From positions 4,896,001 to 4,960,000 of the forward strand of contig OZ241867.1 in NCBI GenBank assembly GCA_965203175.1: a stretch of 64,000 nt of DNA, given 5' to 3'. Source of the stretch: Candidatus Latescibacterota bacterium. GTDB lineage: Bacteria > Latescibacterota > UBA2968 > UBA8231. Within the stretch, counting starts at the first letter, position 1; each line of letters opens with the position of its first letter. The position numbers were made by a program, and so were the translations under genes. Below, piece after piece: positions 1-9,394 of this stretch. The notes below the pieces were generated by a model that saw only the letters and a program-made list of their open reading frames with translations, searched no databases and was not told the DNA's origin.

Positions 1-1
1 T

Positions 2-1729
2 GACACTGTTGTCACCTCCGCCGGTGAGGGAGGCGCTGGCTTTGAACAGACCCTGCCGTGGCTTATAGCATTCGGGCTCGTGCTCCTGCTCACAAGTGAT
101 GTGCTGTGGCAGATTCGGGACGCGCTCCACCTACGGCTTGAACAGAATCTCGAACACGCGCTCGGCCGCCGCTTTCTGGCCAAGGCGTCGCGGCTGCCGC
201 TCGTCTTCTTTGAGGTGAGCGCGTCTTATGATCGCTTGGAACGCGCCAAAAATCCGGGCTTGAAGCTCAATCGGTTCTTCTTCGCGGCCATGCACCTGTT
301 CCAAGCCGGCATCCGAGTTCTCTCCATTACGGCCATGTTCGTCCCGGTCTCTCTGTGGATCTCACTAACTCTTCTAATTGTACTGGTACCGCAGATCCGG
401 CTGGCGATTGAACAAAGCCGGCGGTTTATGAGCTTCACCTACGGCCAGACCGAGGAAATGCGCCGGGCCGGCTATGTCGATCGGGTCCTAACCGGGCGGG
501 GTGAACAAAAAGAGATGCGCCTCTTTGCCCTCCGCCAGACGCTGAGCCAGCGGTGGCAGGTCATGCGCCAAGCATTGCGGAAGCAACTCTGGCGACAACA
601 GCAGCAACAGGTTCGCGGGGGCCTTCCCATCACCTGTTTGCGTTTCGGCGTCTCGGCCGGTGTCGCCGTTGCGCTGGCCTATTTTCTCGGCGACCGGCTC
701 CTCACGCCCGGACGCTTTGTCGCCCTGTTTCGGGGAGTGGACGACATGCTAAGGGCCGGTTCCAGCCTCGGCCATTCTTCGCGGGAACTGCAAAACCAAA
801 GCGCTGAAATCAGCTATGTGCGCGAGTTTCTCGACCTGCCCGAGGACGCCGGCGCTTGGATACAACAACCACCAGCCGACCACGAACCAACCCAGCCCTT
901 CCCTAAACCACTGCGCGAGGGATTTGCCCTCGAAGACGTCTGGTTCACCTATCCGGCCGCGGATGCCGCCGAGGGCGAGAACCCCCGTCCCGTCCTGCGA
1001 GGCGTAAGCCTGCACCTTGAGCCAGGAGAACGAGTAGCCCTCGTCGGCGCAAACGGCGCGGGAAAATCGACCCTCGCCAAGCTCTTGCTCGGCCTGTACC
1101 AACCAGCATCGGGCGAGATCACCGTCGATGGAGTCCACTACGACGAGATCGACCGAACGAGCCTTGCGAACGCAGTAAGTGCCGCGTTTCAAGACTTCTT
1201 CAACTTTGAACTCACCGCTTCCCAGTCAATCGGAATCGGTGCCCTCGGCAGCGGCGGTAGCGACCAAGAAGCCGACTTGTGGCCAGCGTGGCTGCCACCC
1301 GATCCAGCAGTGGTAGAAAACGCAGCGCGGCGAGCCGGAGTTGATGCCATTGCCGTGCGCCTGCCCCAAGGCTACGACACCCCGGTGGGACACATCCTCG
1401 ATGGCGGGCAAGGACTTTCCGGGGGCGAGTGGCAACGCTTCGCTATTGCCCGCGCATTCATCCGCCAGCCCGAGTTGCTGATCCTCGACGAGCCGACGGC
1501 TGCGCTGGATCCCATGGCCGAGGCCGAGGTGTACCGGCAGTTTGGCGAGTTGCTCGCTGGCCGCACCGCGCTGTTGATTAGTCACCGGCTGGGCTCGGCT
1601 CGCATGGCCGACCGCATTCTCGTCCTCAAAGACGGTCGCATCGTCGAGCAAGGACACCACGACGACCTAATTGCACAGGGCGGCGTGTACGCTGCCATGT
1701 GGGAGGAACAAGCCTCGTGGTACCGGTAG
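2..1729 (+). CDS. ABC exporter, fused permease/ATPase (5'-truncated by window edge)
   Basis: Frame open from window start; TM segments, Walker A GANGAGKST, signature LSGGEWQR, Walker B LILDEPT, ISHR. Confidence 0.9.
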   Translation, partial: DTVVTSAGEGGAGFEQTLPWLIAFGLVLLLTSDVLWQIRDALHLRLEQNLEHALGRRFLAKASRLPLVFFEVSASYDRLERAKNPGLKLNRFFFAAMHLFQAGIRVLSITAMFVPVSLWISLTLLIVLVPQIRLAIEQSRRFMSFTYGQTEEMRRAGYVDRVLTGRGEQKEMRLFALRQTLSQRWQVMRQALRKQLWRQQQQQVRGGLPITCLRFGVSAGVAVALAYFLGDRLLTPGRFVALFRGVDDMLRAGSSLGHSSRELQNQSAEISYVREFLDLPEDAGAWIQQPPADHEPTQPFPKPLREGFALEDVWFTYPAADAAEGENPRPVLRGVSLHLEPGERVALVGANGAGKSTLAKLLLGLYQPASGEITVDGVHYDEIDRTSLANAVSAAFQDFFNFELTASQSIGIGALGSGGSDQEADLWPAWLPPDPAVVENAARRAGVDAIAVRLPQGYDTPVGHILDGGQGLSGGEWQRFAIARAFIRQPELLILDEPTAALDPMAEAEVYRQFGELLAGRTALLISHRLGSARMADRILVLKDGRIVEQGHHDDLIAQGGVYAAMWEEQASWYR

Positions 1730-1764
1730 TCCTACAGGATCCAAAAGTGACCCGCCCGTCCACC

Positions 1765-3540
1765 ATGAGCACACTCCTGCGCTTTCTATGGTGGATGATC
1801 CAGACAGCCCCTCGCTACTCCATCGTCTTACTAGCGCTCCAGTTCGCCACTGGTCTGCTACCAGCCGCGTCGGTGTGGGTCGTGCGGGTGCTCTTCGACC
1901 GCAGCCTCGCGGTGTACGAGGGACACCTGCCTGTGGCAGACATGCTGATGTGGGTCGCTCTGTGGGCCGTGCTGGCACTGGCGCAAGTGGTACTCAGCTG
2001 GGAGCTTTTCTACTTGCTCAGCGAGCGGCTGAAACAGGAGATGGAGGATCGGCTACTCACCCAACTCCAGCGCAAAGCAAGCGTCCTGCGGCTCGAGACC
2101 TTCGAGCGCGCCGATTTTCACGACGTGCTGCGCCGGGCACAGGAGGCAGCCTCGCCCGGCTTCTTTCTCAACCTAATCGGTGAGATCCACACGATAATCA
2201 CCGGAATGCTGACGGTCATCTCCGTCGCCTTGATCGTCGGGCTATGGAATCCGCTGCTCCTGATCGCCATTGCCTTGGTTTCGGTGCCGCCGCCGCTGGC
2301 GCGGGCGCTCCAAGAGAAGAACACCTTTTACCTCAAGCGCGAGCAGACCCAGCGCGAACGTCTGCGGACCTACTTGGAGCGTATTCTCACTGAGCGCGCC
2401 GCCGCTAAGGAGGTGCGAGTCTTCAACCTAGGACCGGCTCTGCTCGGTTGGTGGGAACATCTCTATTGGCAGGTGGCCGACCTGCTCTTTCAGCAGAAAC
2501 GCTCGCAGTCTCTGGTCAATATCTTGCTATCGATTTTCAGTCTCACCGGTCTGGCCGCCGGTATCGGCTGGTCGGCTTGGGCCGTGGCCAACGGCGGTCT
2601 CTCCCCCGGACAGTTCGCCGCCATGATGGTGGCATTACAAGAAGTCAGGACGCACGTCGATCAGGTATTCTTTCGCTTTGGCTATCTCGCCAATCGCCTC
2701 CTCTACATCGCCGATCTCTTCACCTACCTCGACCTAGGCCCGGAAGAATTGAAAGAAGGCGAATCAATCGACCGCGTCGGCGAGGTCCCGATTGCGGCCA
2801 CCGCTCTCTCTTTCCGCTATCCACAGGCAGAACGCCCGGCAATCGACAACATCTCGTTCACCATCCAGCCCGGCGAGCGCGTGGCTCTCGTCGGTGCCAA
2901 CGGCTCGGGCAAGACTACGCTCGTCAAGGTGCTGTTGGGCTTGTTCCATCCCACGCAGGGGAAGGTGCTCTACGGCGATGTCGATCTGAACCAGGTGGAT
3001 CGGAACGGCCTTTGGAACCAATCGGCCGCAGTGTTCCAAGACTACACCCGTTTCGCCTTTTCTCTGGGCGAAAACATCGGCTTGGGACGCACCGAGCGCA
3101 TGGGCGACCAAGCGGCTGTCGAGCACGCCGCTTACCAAGGCGGAGCCGCCCCCATCGCCGAGCAACTGCCGGAGCACTACAACACCCTTCTCACTAAGGA
3201 ATTTGCCGGCGGCACCGAACTGTCCGGCGGCGAGTGGCAGCGCGTCGCCATCTCAAGGGGATTCATGCGCAACGCCGCCCTGATCGTGCTTGACGAGCCG
3301 ACCGCGTCGCTCGACCCCCAAGCCGAGGCCGACGTATTCCGGCGCTTCCTCGCCATGTCCGGCGAGCGGACTACCATCGTGGTCTCCCACCGCTTGGGCT
3401 CCGCCCGACTATGCGACCGGATCTTGGTGCTAAAAGAAGGACGCCTGCTCGAAAATGGGACGCACGGCGAATTGCTGTCTCAAGAAGGAGAATACGCCCG
3501 CTTATGGGCTTTGCAGGCGCAGTGGTACGGCGAGGGATAA
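1765..3540 (+). CDS. ABC exporter, fused permease/ATPase (likely heterodimer partner of upstream gene)
   Basis: GANGSGKTT, LSGGEWQR, IVLDEPT, VSHR; start set at ATG 1765 (MSTLLRF) to avoid overlap. Confidence 0.9.
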   Translation: MSTLLRFLWWMIQTAPRYSIVLLALQFATGLLPAASVWVVRVLFDRSLAVYEGHLPVADMLMWVALWAVLALAQVVLSWELFYLLSERLKQEMEDRLLTQLQRKASVLRLETFERADFHDVLRRAQEAASPGFFLNLIGEIHTIITGMLTVISVALIVGLWNPLLLIAIALVSVPPPLARALQEKNTFYLKREQTQRERLRTYLERILTERAAAKEVRVFNLGPALLGWWEHLYWQVADLLFQQKRSQSLVNILLSIFSLTGLAAGIGWSAWAVANGGLSPGQFAAMMVALQEVRTHVDQVFFRFGYLANRLLYIADLFTYLDLGPEELKEGESIDRVGEVPIAATALSFRYPQAERPAIDNISFTIQPGERVALVGANGSGKTTLVKVLLGLFHPTQGKVLYGDVDLNQVDRNGLWNQSAAVFQDYTRFAFSLGENIGLGRTERMGDQAAVEHAAYQGGAAPIAEQLPEHYNTLLTKEFAGGTELSGGEWQRVAISRGFMRNAALIVLDEPTASLDPQAEADVFRRFLAMSGERTTIVVSHRLGSARLCDRILVLKEGRLLENGTHGELLSQEGEYARLWALQAQWYGEG

Positions 3541-3659
3541 GCGAAATTGCGGGATACAGGAGAATGAGCAAGGACTGCGATATGCTTCTAAAGCAAGAGG
3601 GAGCCGCCTCCATTGCCTTGATCTTTACATGACAACGCAAACTACGTATAGTTGGTCAT

Positions 3660-3980
3660 ATGCTGTTCATCGAGACATCGGAATTCACCAAGCATCTGCG
3701 GTCGCATCTCGATGACGACAGTTACGCCGCGCTTCAGGTGTTTCTCAGTGCGTACCCAGACGCCGGCGACATCATTCGCGGATCGGGCGGTATTCGGAAA
3801 ATCCGCTGGAGAGCGAAGGGGCGCGGCAAACGGGGTGGTAGCCGGGTTATCTACTACTGGCATGTCGCCGAGGACCATATTTATCTACTCACTCTATACG
3901 GCAAGGGCGTGAAGGACGATCTGACGCCTGCCGAGCGGGCCGCGTGGCGCAAGGTCGTAGAGGAGATCAAAAATGGCTGA
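3660..3980 (+). CDS. higB: Type II TA toxin, RelE/HigB family
   Basis: PDAGDIIRGSGGIRKIRW...GKRGGSRVIYY motif; toxin precedes HTH antitoxin. Confidence 0.85.
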   Translation: MLFIETSEFTKHLRSHLDDDSYAALQVFLSAYPDAGDIIRGSGGIRKIRWRAKGRGKRGGSRVIYYWHVAEDHIYLLTLYGKGVKDDLTPAERAAWRKVVEEIKNG

Positions 3981-4287
3981 ACGGAACATCGCCGCCGAAG
4001 TTCTTGCGGGTCTGCACGAAGTTCGAGAGCACCGAGCCGGCAAGCGCACGCTGCGGACCACCCGGGTTGAGGCGAAGCCCCTGCCCGGACTCACGCCCGA
4101 TATGATTAAGAAGATTCGCGAAGAGCTCGACGTTTCAAGGGCGGTATTCGCCCACCTGCTGCGCGTACCGGTGCGCACCGTTGAGGGCTGGGAGCAGGGC
4201 AGGTCCAGTCCACCGGATGCGGCGGCGGCACTCATCCTCATGGCCCAGAAATACCCGGATACCTTCGAGCGGCTGGCATCCCTGTGA
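3973..4287 (+). CDS. higA: Type II TA antitoxin, HTH (HigA-like)
   Basis: IKKIREELDVSRAVFA...RTVEGWEQGR Cro/C1 HTH; overlaps toxin stop. Confidence 0.85.
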   Translation: MAERNIAAEVLAGLHEVREHRAGKRTLRTTRVEAKPLPGLTPDMIKKIREELDVSRAVFAHLLRVPVRTVEGWEQGRSSPPDAAAALILMAQKYPDTFERLASL

Positions 4288-4382
4288 TCTGATCTGATTT
4301 GGATCGTACTCGCTCCGCAACCAAGAGGTTTTCGATGAGTACATTGCACGCGTCCACGCTCAGCGCCGCTGCTTCGTGAGCC

Positions 4383-5222
4383 GTGGCCGCCTCTTACCCC
4401 ATTGTCAACGGTGCCGAGCACGCCTGGGTGCTCCACGACCCCCGCTTTAAGCCCGACCCGCGTCTGTCTAACTGCCCCAACGCCAAGCCCAACTATGAGC
4501 AGTCGGCCGAAGACCTCATCGAACACATGCGGACCTATGGAGTCGACAAGGTCGTCATCAGCCACGTGTGCTACTACGGCCGCGACAACCGCTATGCCAG
4601 CCACTGCGTACAGCGCTATCCCGACCGCTTTGCCGCCATCGGCCTTTTAGTGGGGTACCGGCTGCACCATCCGGCCGATCCGGAGAATCCGGCGCGCTTG
4701 GAACGGGCCGTGCGAGAGGAGGGCTTGGCAGGGCTGCGCTTGAGTCCCATCTACGACCGCGACGTGGTCTGGCTCAGTGATGAAGTCAGCTATCCGCTGT
4801 GGCACCGGGCCGAGAAGTTGGGCGCGGTGTTCAACATCTTCCTAGCGCCGCATCAAGTGGGGCAGGTGGCGGCCATGGCCGAGCGCTTCCCCGGGGTCAA
4901 AGTGGTCATCGACCATCTGGCGATGATCGACATTAACGCCCCCGATAGCGAGGGCTTTGGGCCGCTGCTCGATCTAGCCCGCTGGCCCAATGTGTACATC
5001 CGCACCTCGCTGCACAATCCTTCTAAGGAACGACCACCCTTCCGCGATGTATGGCCCTTTTTGGAGCGGGTGTACGACCGCTTTGGCCCTCGGCGGATGG
5101 TATGGGCTAATTTTTACGAATTGCTCATTATGCAGGAGCTGATCCCCTTTTTCAGCGCTGAAGACAAGACGTGGATTTTGGGGAAGAACGCTCTAGAGAT
5201 CTACTTTAAAGGTCAGGGCTGA
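4383..5222 (+). CDS. Amidohydrolase family protein (Amidohydro_2-like)
   Basis: EHAW, GVDKVV, VVIDHL, FGPRRMVW, ILGKNA motifs. Confidence 0.75.
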   Translation: MAASYPIVNGAEHAWVLHDPRFKPDPRLSNCPNAKPNYEQSAEDLIEHMRTYGVDKVVISHVCYYGRDNRYASHCVQRYPDRFAAIGLLVGYRLHHPADPENPARLERAVREEGLAGLRLSPIYDRDVVWLSDEVSYPLWHRAEKLGAVFNIFLAPHQVGQVAAMAERFPGVKVVIDHLAMIDINAPDSEGFGPLLDLARWPNVYIRTSLHNPSKERPPFRDVWPFLERVYDRFGPRRMVWANFYELLIMQELIPFFSAEDKTWILGKNALEIYFKGQG

Positions 5223-5314
5223 CAGCCCATTCTGCGGCCGGGTTCAGGGTGCTTCCCCGGCGAATTGCCGTGGATCGCGTTGGGAAATTCCCGATCCAGA
5301 TATGCACCTATCCC

Positions 5315-6463
5315 CTACGGATCCACCTGCTGATAGAACTTCTTCGCGCCGTTCTCAATGGTCATAATGACCGCGCTCTTGGTCGGGTGGCGGTTTTCGT
5401 TGTAGCCGGCAATGCGCGTCGCCCCAGCGTACTGTTCGATAGCCAACAGTTGTCGCCGTATCGCATCTGCGTCGAGGCTGCCCGCGCGCTCTGCGGCTTC
5501 CAAGAGCAAGCGGACCGCATCGTAGCTCACTGCATCGCCGCCGGTGGGATCAATCCCGTACAGGGCTCGGTATGTGTCGATGAATGCGCGCGCACTCGGC
5601 TCGTCCGTGTCCGGCGAAAAGTGGCTGCTGAAAAAGCTACCATCCACAGCGGCTTCCTCATTGTCTAACAGCGTTGGATTGTCCCAAGCATCGGCCCCGA
5701 GAAAAAGCGTCGGTTCCCCAGCCGCGTTTTGCAGCGGCAGGGCACGCGCCTGCTTGGTCACAAGCGCAACTTCTGGCGGCAGTCCCGATAGAAAGACCGC
5801 CTCGGGAGCCGCCGCCGCGATGGGGGTCAATTGCGCGGCGAAATCCGTCGCACCGCTCTCGTAGAACTCTTCGGAGACGATCTCCCCCCCAAAGCCGCTA
5901 AAATGGGCAATAAAAAACTCGGCGATCCCCTCGGTATAGACCTCCCCGCGCTGCGTCAAAACAGCGGCTGTATTCACCCCGAGCGTCTCTTTGGCAAACT
6001 GCGCCATGACGCGTCCTTGAAACTGGTCGGTGAAAGCAGCCATGAAGACAAACTCGCCAGCCGTAGTCACGGCTGGATTGGTGGCCGCCGTAGTAATCAT
6101 CGGCACACCGTGGCGCTGAGCTACAGGCCCGACCTCAATGGCGTGCGAGGAGCGATTAGGGCCAACGAGAGCGACGACTTCGTCTGTAAGAATCATAGTC
6201 TCCGCGGCCTGCACCGCGACCGCTGCTTCCTGTATGTTTATCTGGGTGACCAATTCAACGGCTCGGCCCAACAGCCCCCCGCGCTCGTTGACTTCGTCCA
6301 CCGCGATCTTAGCTCCATTCGGATAGGTAATGCGGTCGCCTGAGACGAGGAACCCAATTTTAACGGGGGTGCCCTCGCCGTCCGCAGTAGGAGACAGAGA
6401 AGCCTTATCCTCACAAGCGGCGAACGCGATACCTGCAATACAGGCGACGTAGAACAATTTCAT
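5315..6463 (-). CDS. Branched-chain amino acid-type ABC substrate-binding lipoprotein (orphan)
   Basis: Lipobox IAFAAC; VKIGF, AVDEVNERGGLLGR, DFAAQL, YDAVRLL periplasmic binding protein motifs; start MKLFY at 6463. Confidence 0.85.
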   Translation of the reverse strand: MKLFYVACIAGIAFAACEDKASLSPTADGEGTPVKIGFLVSGDRITYPNGAKIAVDEVNERGGLLGRAVELVTQINIQEAAVAVQAAETMILTDEVVALVGPNRSSHAIEVGPVAQRHGVPMITTAATNPAVTTAGEFVFMAAFTDQFQGRVMAQFAKETLGVNTAAVLTQRGEVYTEGIAEFFIAHFSGFGGEIVSEEFYESGATDFAAQLTPIAAAAPEAVFLSGLPPEVALVTKQARALPLQNAAGEPTLFLGADAWDNPTLLDNEEAAVDGSFFSSHFSPDTDEPSARAFIDTYRALYGIDPTGGDAVSYDAVRLLLEAAERAGSLDADAIRRQLLAIEQYAGATRIAGYNENRHPTKSAVIMTIENGAKKFYQQVDP

Positions 6464-6627
6464 GGCAGATTCTTTTTTAAAGGTGTGGATGGATTCTGAT
6501 TTTATCAGATTGACGATGGTTAAATTTACTGAAATCCAAGAAAGAGACCACGCGCTCGGGGCGTGGGCGCTGTCGGTGAACCTTTGCCCGCTGCCGTCCG
6601 CCTTGTAAGGTAAAAGGCAGATGACGT

Positions 6628-8031
6628 ATGACCAGTCCAAGCGATCAGCTATTGGCCGAACAGGTGCGGCAGGGCAACGAGCAAGCTTTCGTCCGCCTAA
6701 TTCGGCGCTACGAACGCACCCTAGTAGGGTTGATCCGCCACCGGGTCGGCTCCGGCGACCAATTGCAGGACGTACTGCAAGAAACCCTAGTACACGTCTG
6801 GAGCGGCCTGTGCCGAGATACCCCCCGCGACGTGCGAGCTTGGTTGCTACAAGTGGCCCGCAACCGCTGCCGAGATTACTTCCGCTCGACCCAGCGCCGT
6901 GAGCTGTTCGTCGAGACGGAGGTTTTGACGCCCATGGTCAATCGCTTCGGAGTGGCTCAAGCCCGGCAGCGAGAAGCCGCCGCAGCCATCGTCGAGGCCA
7001 TGGAGGAAGTGCCCGACCGCGAGCGGGCTGCCCTGCAGGCCTTTTACTTGGACGGCCTGAGCATTGCCGAAATAGCCACCCGCCACCGTTGTCCCGACGG
7101 CACAGTCAAGCGCCGCCTGTCGCACGGGCGCGACCGAATCCGCACGGTGTTGGGCGTCACCCCCAAGACGAGGAGCAAAACCATGACCATGAGTGCTAGC
7201 CAACAACGGCCCTTCCCCCAGTACCGGCCCGAAATACGCATTAAGGCGAGCCAAGAGACCCCCTTCCGCATTGATTTCAAGGAGATGGCTTGGTGGTTCA
7301 TCGTGCCGGAAGTAGGCGACCGCGTTCGCTGGGCCTCGTACGATCCCCCAAAAGAAGACGACGCGCCCTGGAGACTGTCCGAAACCGTCTCGCTAGCAGC
7401 CCGCCGCCCTGCGGTCATCCACGGCCGTTCTTGCGTCGAAGTGGAGGTGGAGAACCAGTATTTTGACCAAGACGGTAAGATCCACGAACGCGAAGAGGAT
7501 CGCCATGTCAAAGTATGGGGCCATCTGGCCGAGAACGCGGTGGAGTGGATCGCGATAGAATCGCTGCGGCCCGACGGCACGCGGGAACTGACGACTTTTC
7601 TCGACGAAGGATTCCACGACGATTGGGACCGTTCACCGCGCCTAATCGAGGATTGTGGCTACCTGCGCCCCCAGACCGACGGCTCGTTCGCAAAACAGGC
7701 CGACGCCGCCCAAATCACCGGGGCCGGAGTGTTCGACGTGCAGATCGGCGAGCAGCATTTTACCTGCCTGCGCGTCTTTGAAGTCGAGAAGGAAGCCACC
7801 GAGCGCGATGTCATGATCGAAGCCTATATCACCCGCGCCGGACGCACAGTGCTGGACCGCCGCTACAACGGCAACCGCTGGGCTAAAAGAGACGCCCCGC
7901 CGCACAATTGGGGCGAGCAGATGACTTGGGAAGAAGACCTACCCCACACCAACCGCATAGTCATCGACGGCGTGACCTACGTGCACTACTACGACAAATT
8001 GACGGACGCAGCCTGCGGCATCGCCGATTGA
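6628..8031 (+). CDS. ECF sigma-70 factor with ~280-aa C-terminal extension
   Basis: Region 2 (DVLQET...AWLLQVARNRCRD) and region 4 (GLSIAEIA...GTVKRRLSHGR) in first ~180 aa, then unknown domain. Confidence 0.85.
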   Translation: MTSPSDQLLAEQVRQGNEQAFVRLIRRYERTLVGLIRHRVGSGDQLQDVLQETLVHVWSGLCRDTPRDVRAWLLQVARNRCRDYFRSTQRRELFVETEVLTPMVNRFGVAQARQREAAAAIVEAMEEVPDRERAALQAFYLDGLSIAEIATRHRCPDGTVKRRLSHGRDRIRTVLGVTPKTRSKTMTMSASQQRPFPQYRPEIRIKASQETPFRIDFKEMAWWFIVPEVGDRVRWASYDPPKEDDAPWRLSETVSLAARRPAVIHGRSCVEVEVENQYFDQDGKIHEREEDRHVKVWGHLAENAVEWIAIESLRPDGTRELTTFLDEGFHDDWDRSPRLIEDCGYLRPQTDGSFAKQADAAQITGAGVFDVQIGEQHFTCLRVFEVEKEATERDVMIEAYITRAGRTVLDRRYNGNRWAKRDAPPHNWGEQMTWEEDLPHTNRIVIDGVTYVHYYDKLTDAACGIAD

Positions 8032-8065
8032 TGATCCATGACGAGTGGCGCGATAATCCGCGGCC

Positions 8066-9358
8066 TCAACGCATAGTCTCCACCCCCTCAGACACCGAAT
8101 CGTCTGTGTCCTTTATATCGTAGGTCGTTTCCGTATAGGTGATGATCGTCACCCTCCGCCCCGTACGCTCATCGACGACACGACAGCTAGGACAGTTCGG
8201 CCCCGTGCGCTCGATCCGATGCGGCGTCAGTATTCCTTGGACAGCCTCGTAGTCCTCGTATGTCGTCGTCCAAACAGGGGGTCTCTGGTGATAATTCTGG
8301 CGATAGTCTCTTTGTTCGGCAGCAGTCAACCCGTCCCGCGTACCTATCAATAGTCCAGTGTTGCGCGAAAAGAGCGCCTCGTAATAGTTGCCGTACAAGG
8401 TATCGTCCACCCGGATGACGTCAGTCAATCTATCGCGGAATCTTTCCGTCTGTATGTATCGCAAAACGACCCCTTCGCCGAAAAAACGGTCGAAAAAATG
8501 CCAGCGGTGCATCTCGCCCATTTGGCGCGATTGTCGTCTTGCGGGTGTTAGGAAGTCCCACCGCAGACTGAACAGGCGGTAATAGCGGCTCAGCGACTCG
8601 GCTGGGTTGCGCATCGCGCCATCCCTATTAGCGGCCTGCCCTCTTTTTTCTTTTAAGGGAATGTCGGTAACTTCGCCCCATCCTTTGTAGTGCCGATTGG
8701 AGACGGGATACAAATAAGGGCTTACCTGCATGACCACCCGACCCGTCCGGTGGTCCCAGGCCTCGATCGACGTTTTAACCCGAACCCCCTTAATGGAAGC
8801 CAAAGCGCGACGCCCCCCCATCGCGGCGATGGCCCGTTCTACGATCTCTTCTGCGCGCTGGCGGCTCTTGTACGCGGCAGTTCCCGGCGTTACGGCCTCT
8901 AGGTAAAAGCGCACGTGTTGTTCCGCCTGTTTCGCTCGCTCGCGCACGGCGCGCAACGCCAGTTCGTTGAGATCCGGCATCTCTACGGGCGGCGCTTGGA
9001 ACTTGCGTGCCTTGGCTGCCACTTCGATAGTATCTATCGCCAACTCGGCAAAGGGCGTGATGACGGGCAGTTTCCCGACGCCGACGACCTCGGGAATTGA
9101 TTCGGGCGGATTGGGGTTCTCGGGGCCGGCCGGCAATTCTAGGCGTTCTAGGAGGTGCTGCAACAAGCGCGGACTATCTGCTATGAAAGCGGGCTTGGGC
9201 ATCATCAGGGCCGGCGGCGGCAGCCGCAACACCCGCACCTTGAGCTCCGCTGTGTCGCGCCCAGACGGGACGATCCAGAGCAACAATAAGTGCAATGCCG
9301 CGGACAGAACGAAAAACGGAACCATCCGCCAGCGATTTTGGGGTATTCGACGATCCAT
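8066..9358 (-). CDS. Hypothetical: TonB-like membrane anchor, Pro-rich linker, LolA-like/beta-rich C-terminal domain
   Basis: SAALHLLLL anchor; PPP/PENPNPPE linker; AEEIVERAIAAMGG..ALASIK and YEDYEAVQGILTPHRI motifs. Confidence 0.55.
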   Translation of the reverse strand: MDRRIPQNRWRMVPFFVLSAALHLLLLWIVPSGRDTAELKVRVLRLPPPALMMPKPAFIADSPRLLQHLLERLELPAGPENPNPPESIPEVVGVGKLPVITPFAELAIDTIEVAAKARKFQAPPVEMPDLNELALRAVRERAKQAEQHVRFYLEAVTPGTAAYKSRQRAEEIVERAIAAMGGRRALASIKGVRVKTSIEAWDHRTGRVVMQVSPYLYPVSNRHYKGWGEVTDIPLKEKRGQAANRDGAMRNPAESLSRYYRLFSLRWDFLTPARRQSRQMGEMHRWHFFDRFFGEGVVLRYIQTERFRDRLTDVIRVDDTLYGNYYEALFSRNTGLLIGTRDGLTAAEQRDYRQNYHQRPPVWTTTYEDYEAVQGILTPHRIERTGPNCPSCRVVDERTGRRVTIITYTETTYDIKDTDDSVSEGVETMR

Positions 9359-9394
9359 TTATCCAATCGCGATCCGTTAAGAGGTCCTCCCTGA

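Noticed and set aside
2-3540. ABC pair as exporter of a RiPP/lantibiotic cluster
   Set aside because: No precursor peptide, peptidase domain or modification enzyme in the window.
3564-3632. Short RBS-led ORF MSKDCDMLLKQEG upstream of higB as another gene-start stub
   Set aside because: No matching full-length gene in the window; could be chance.
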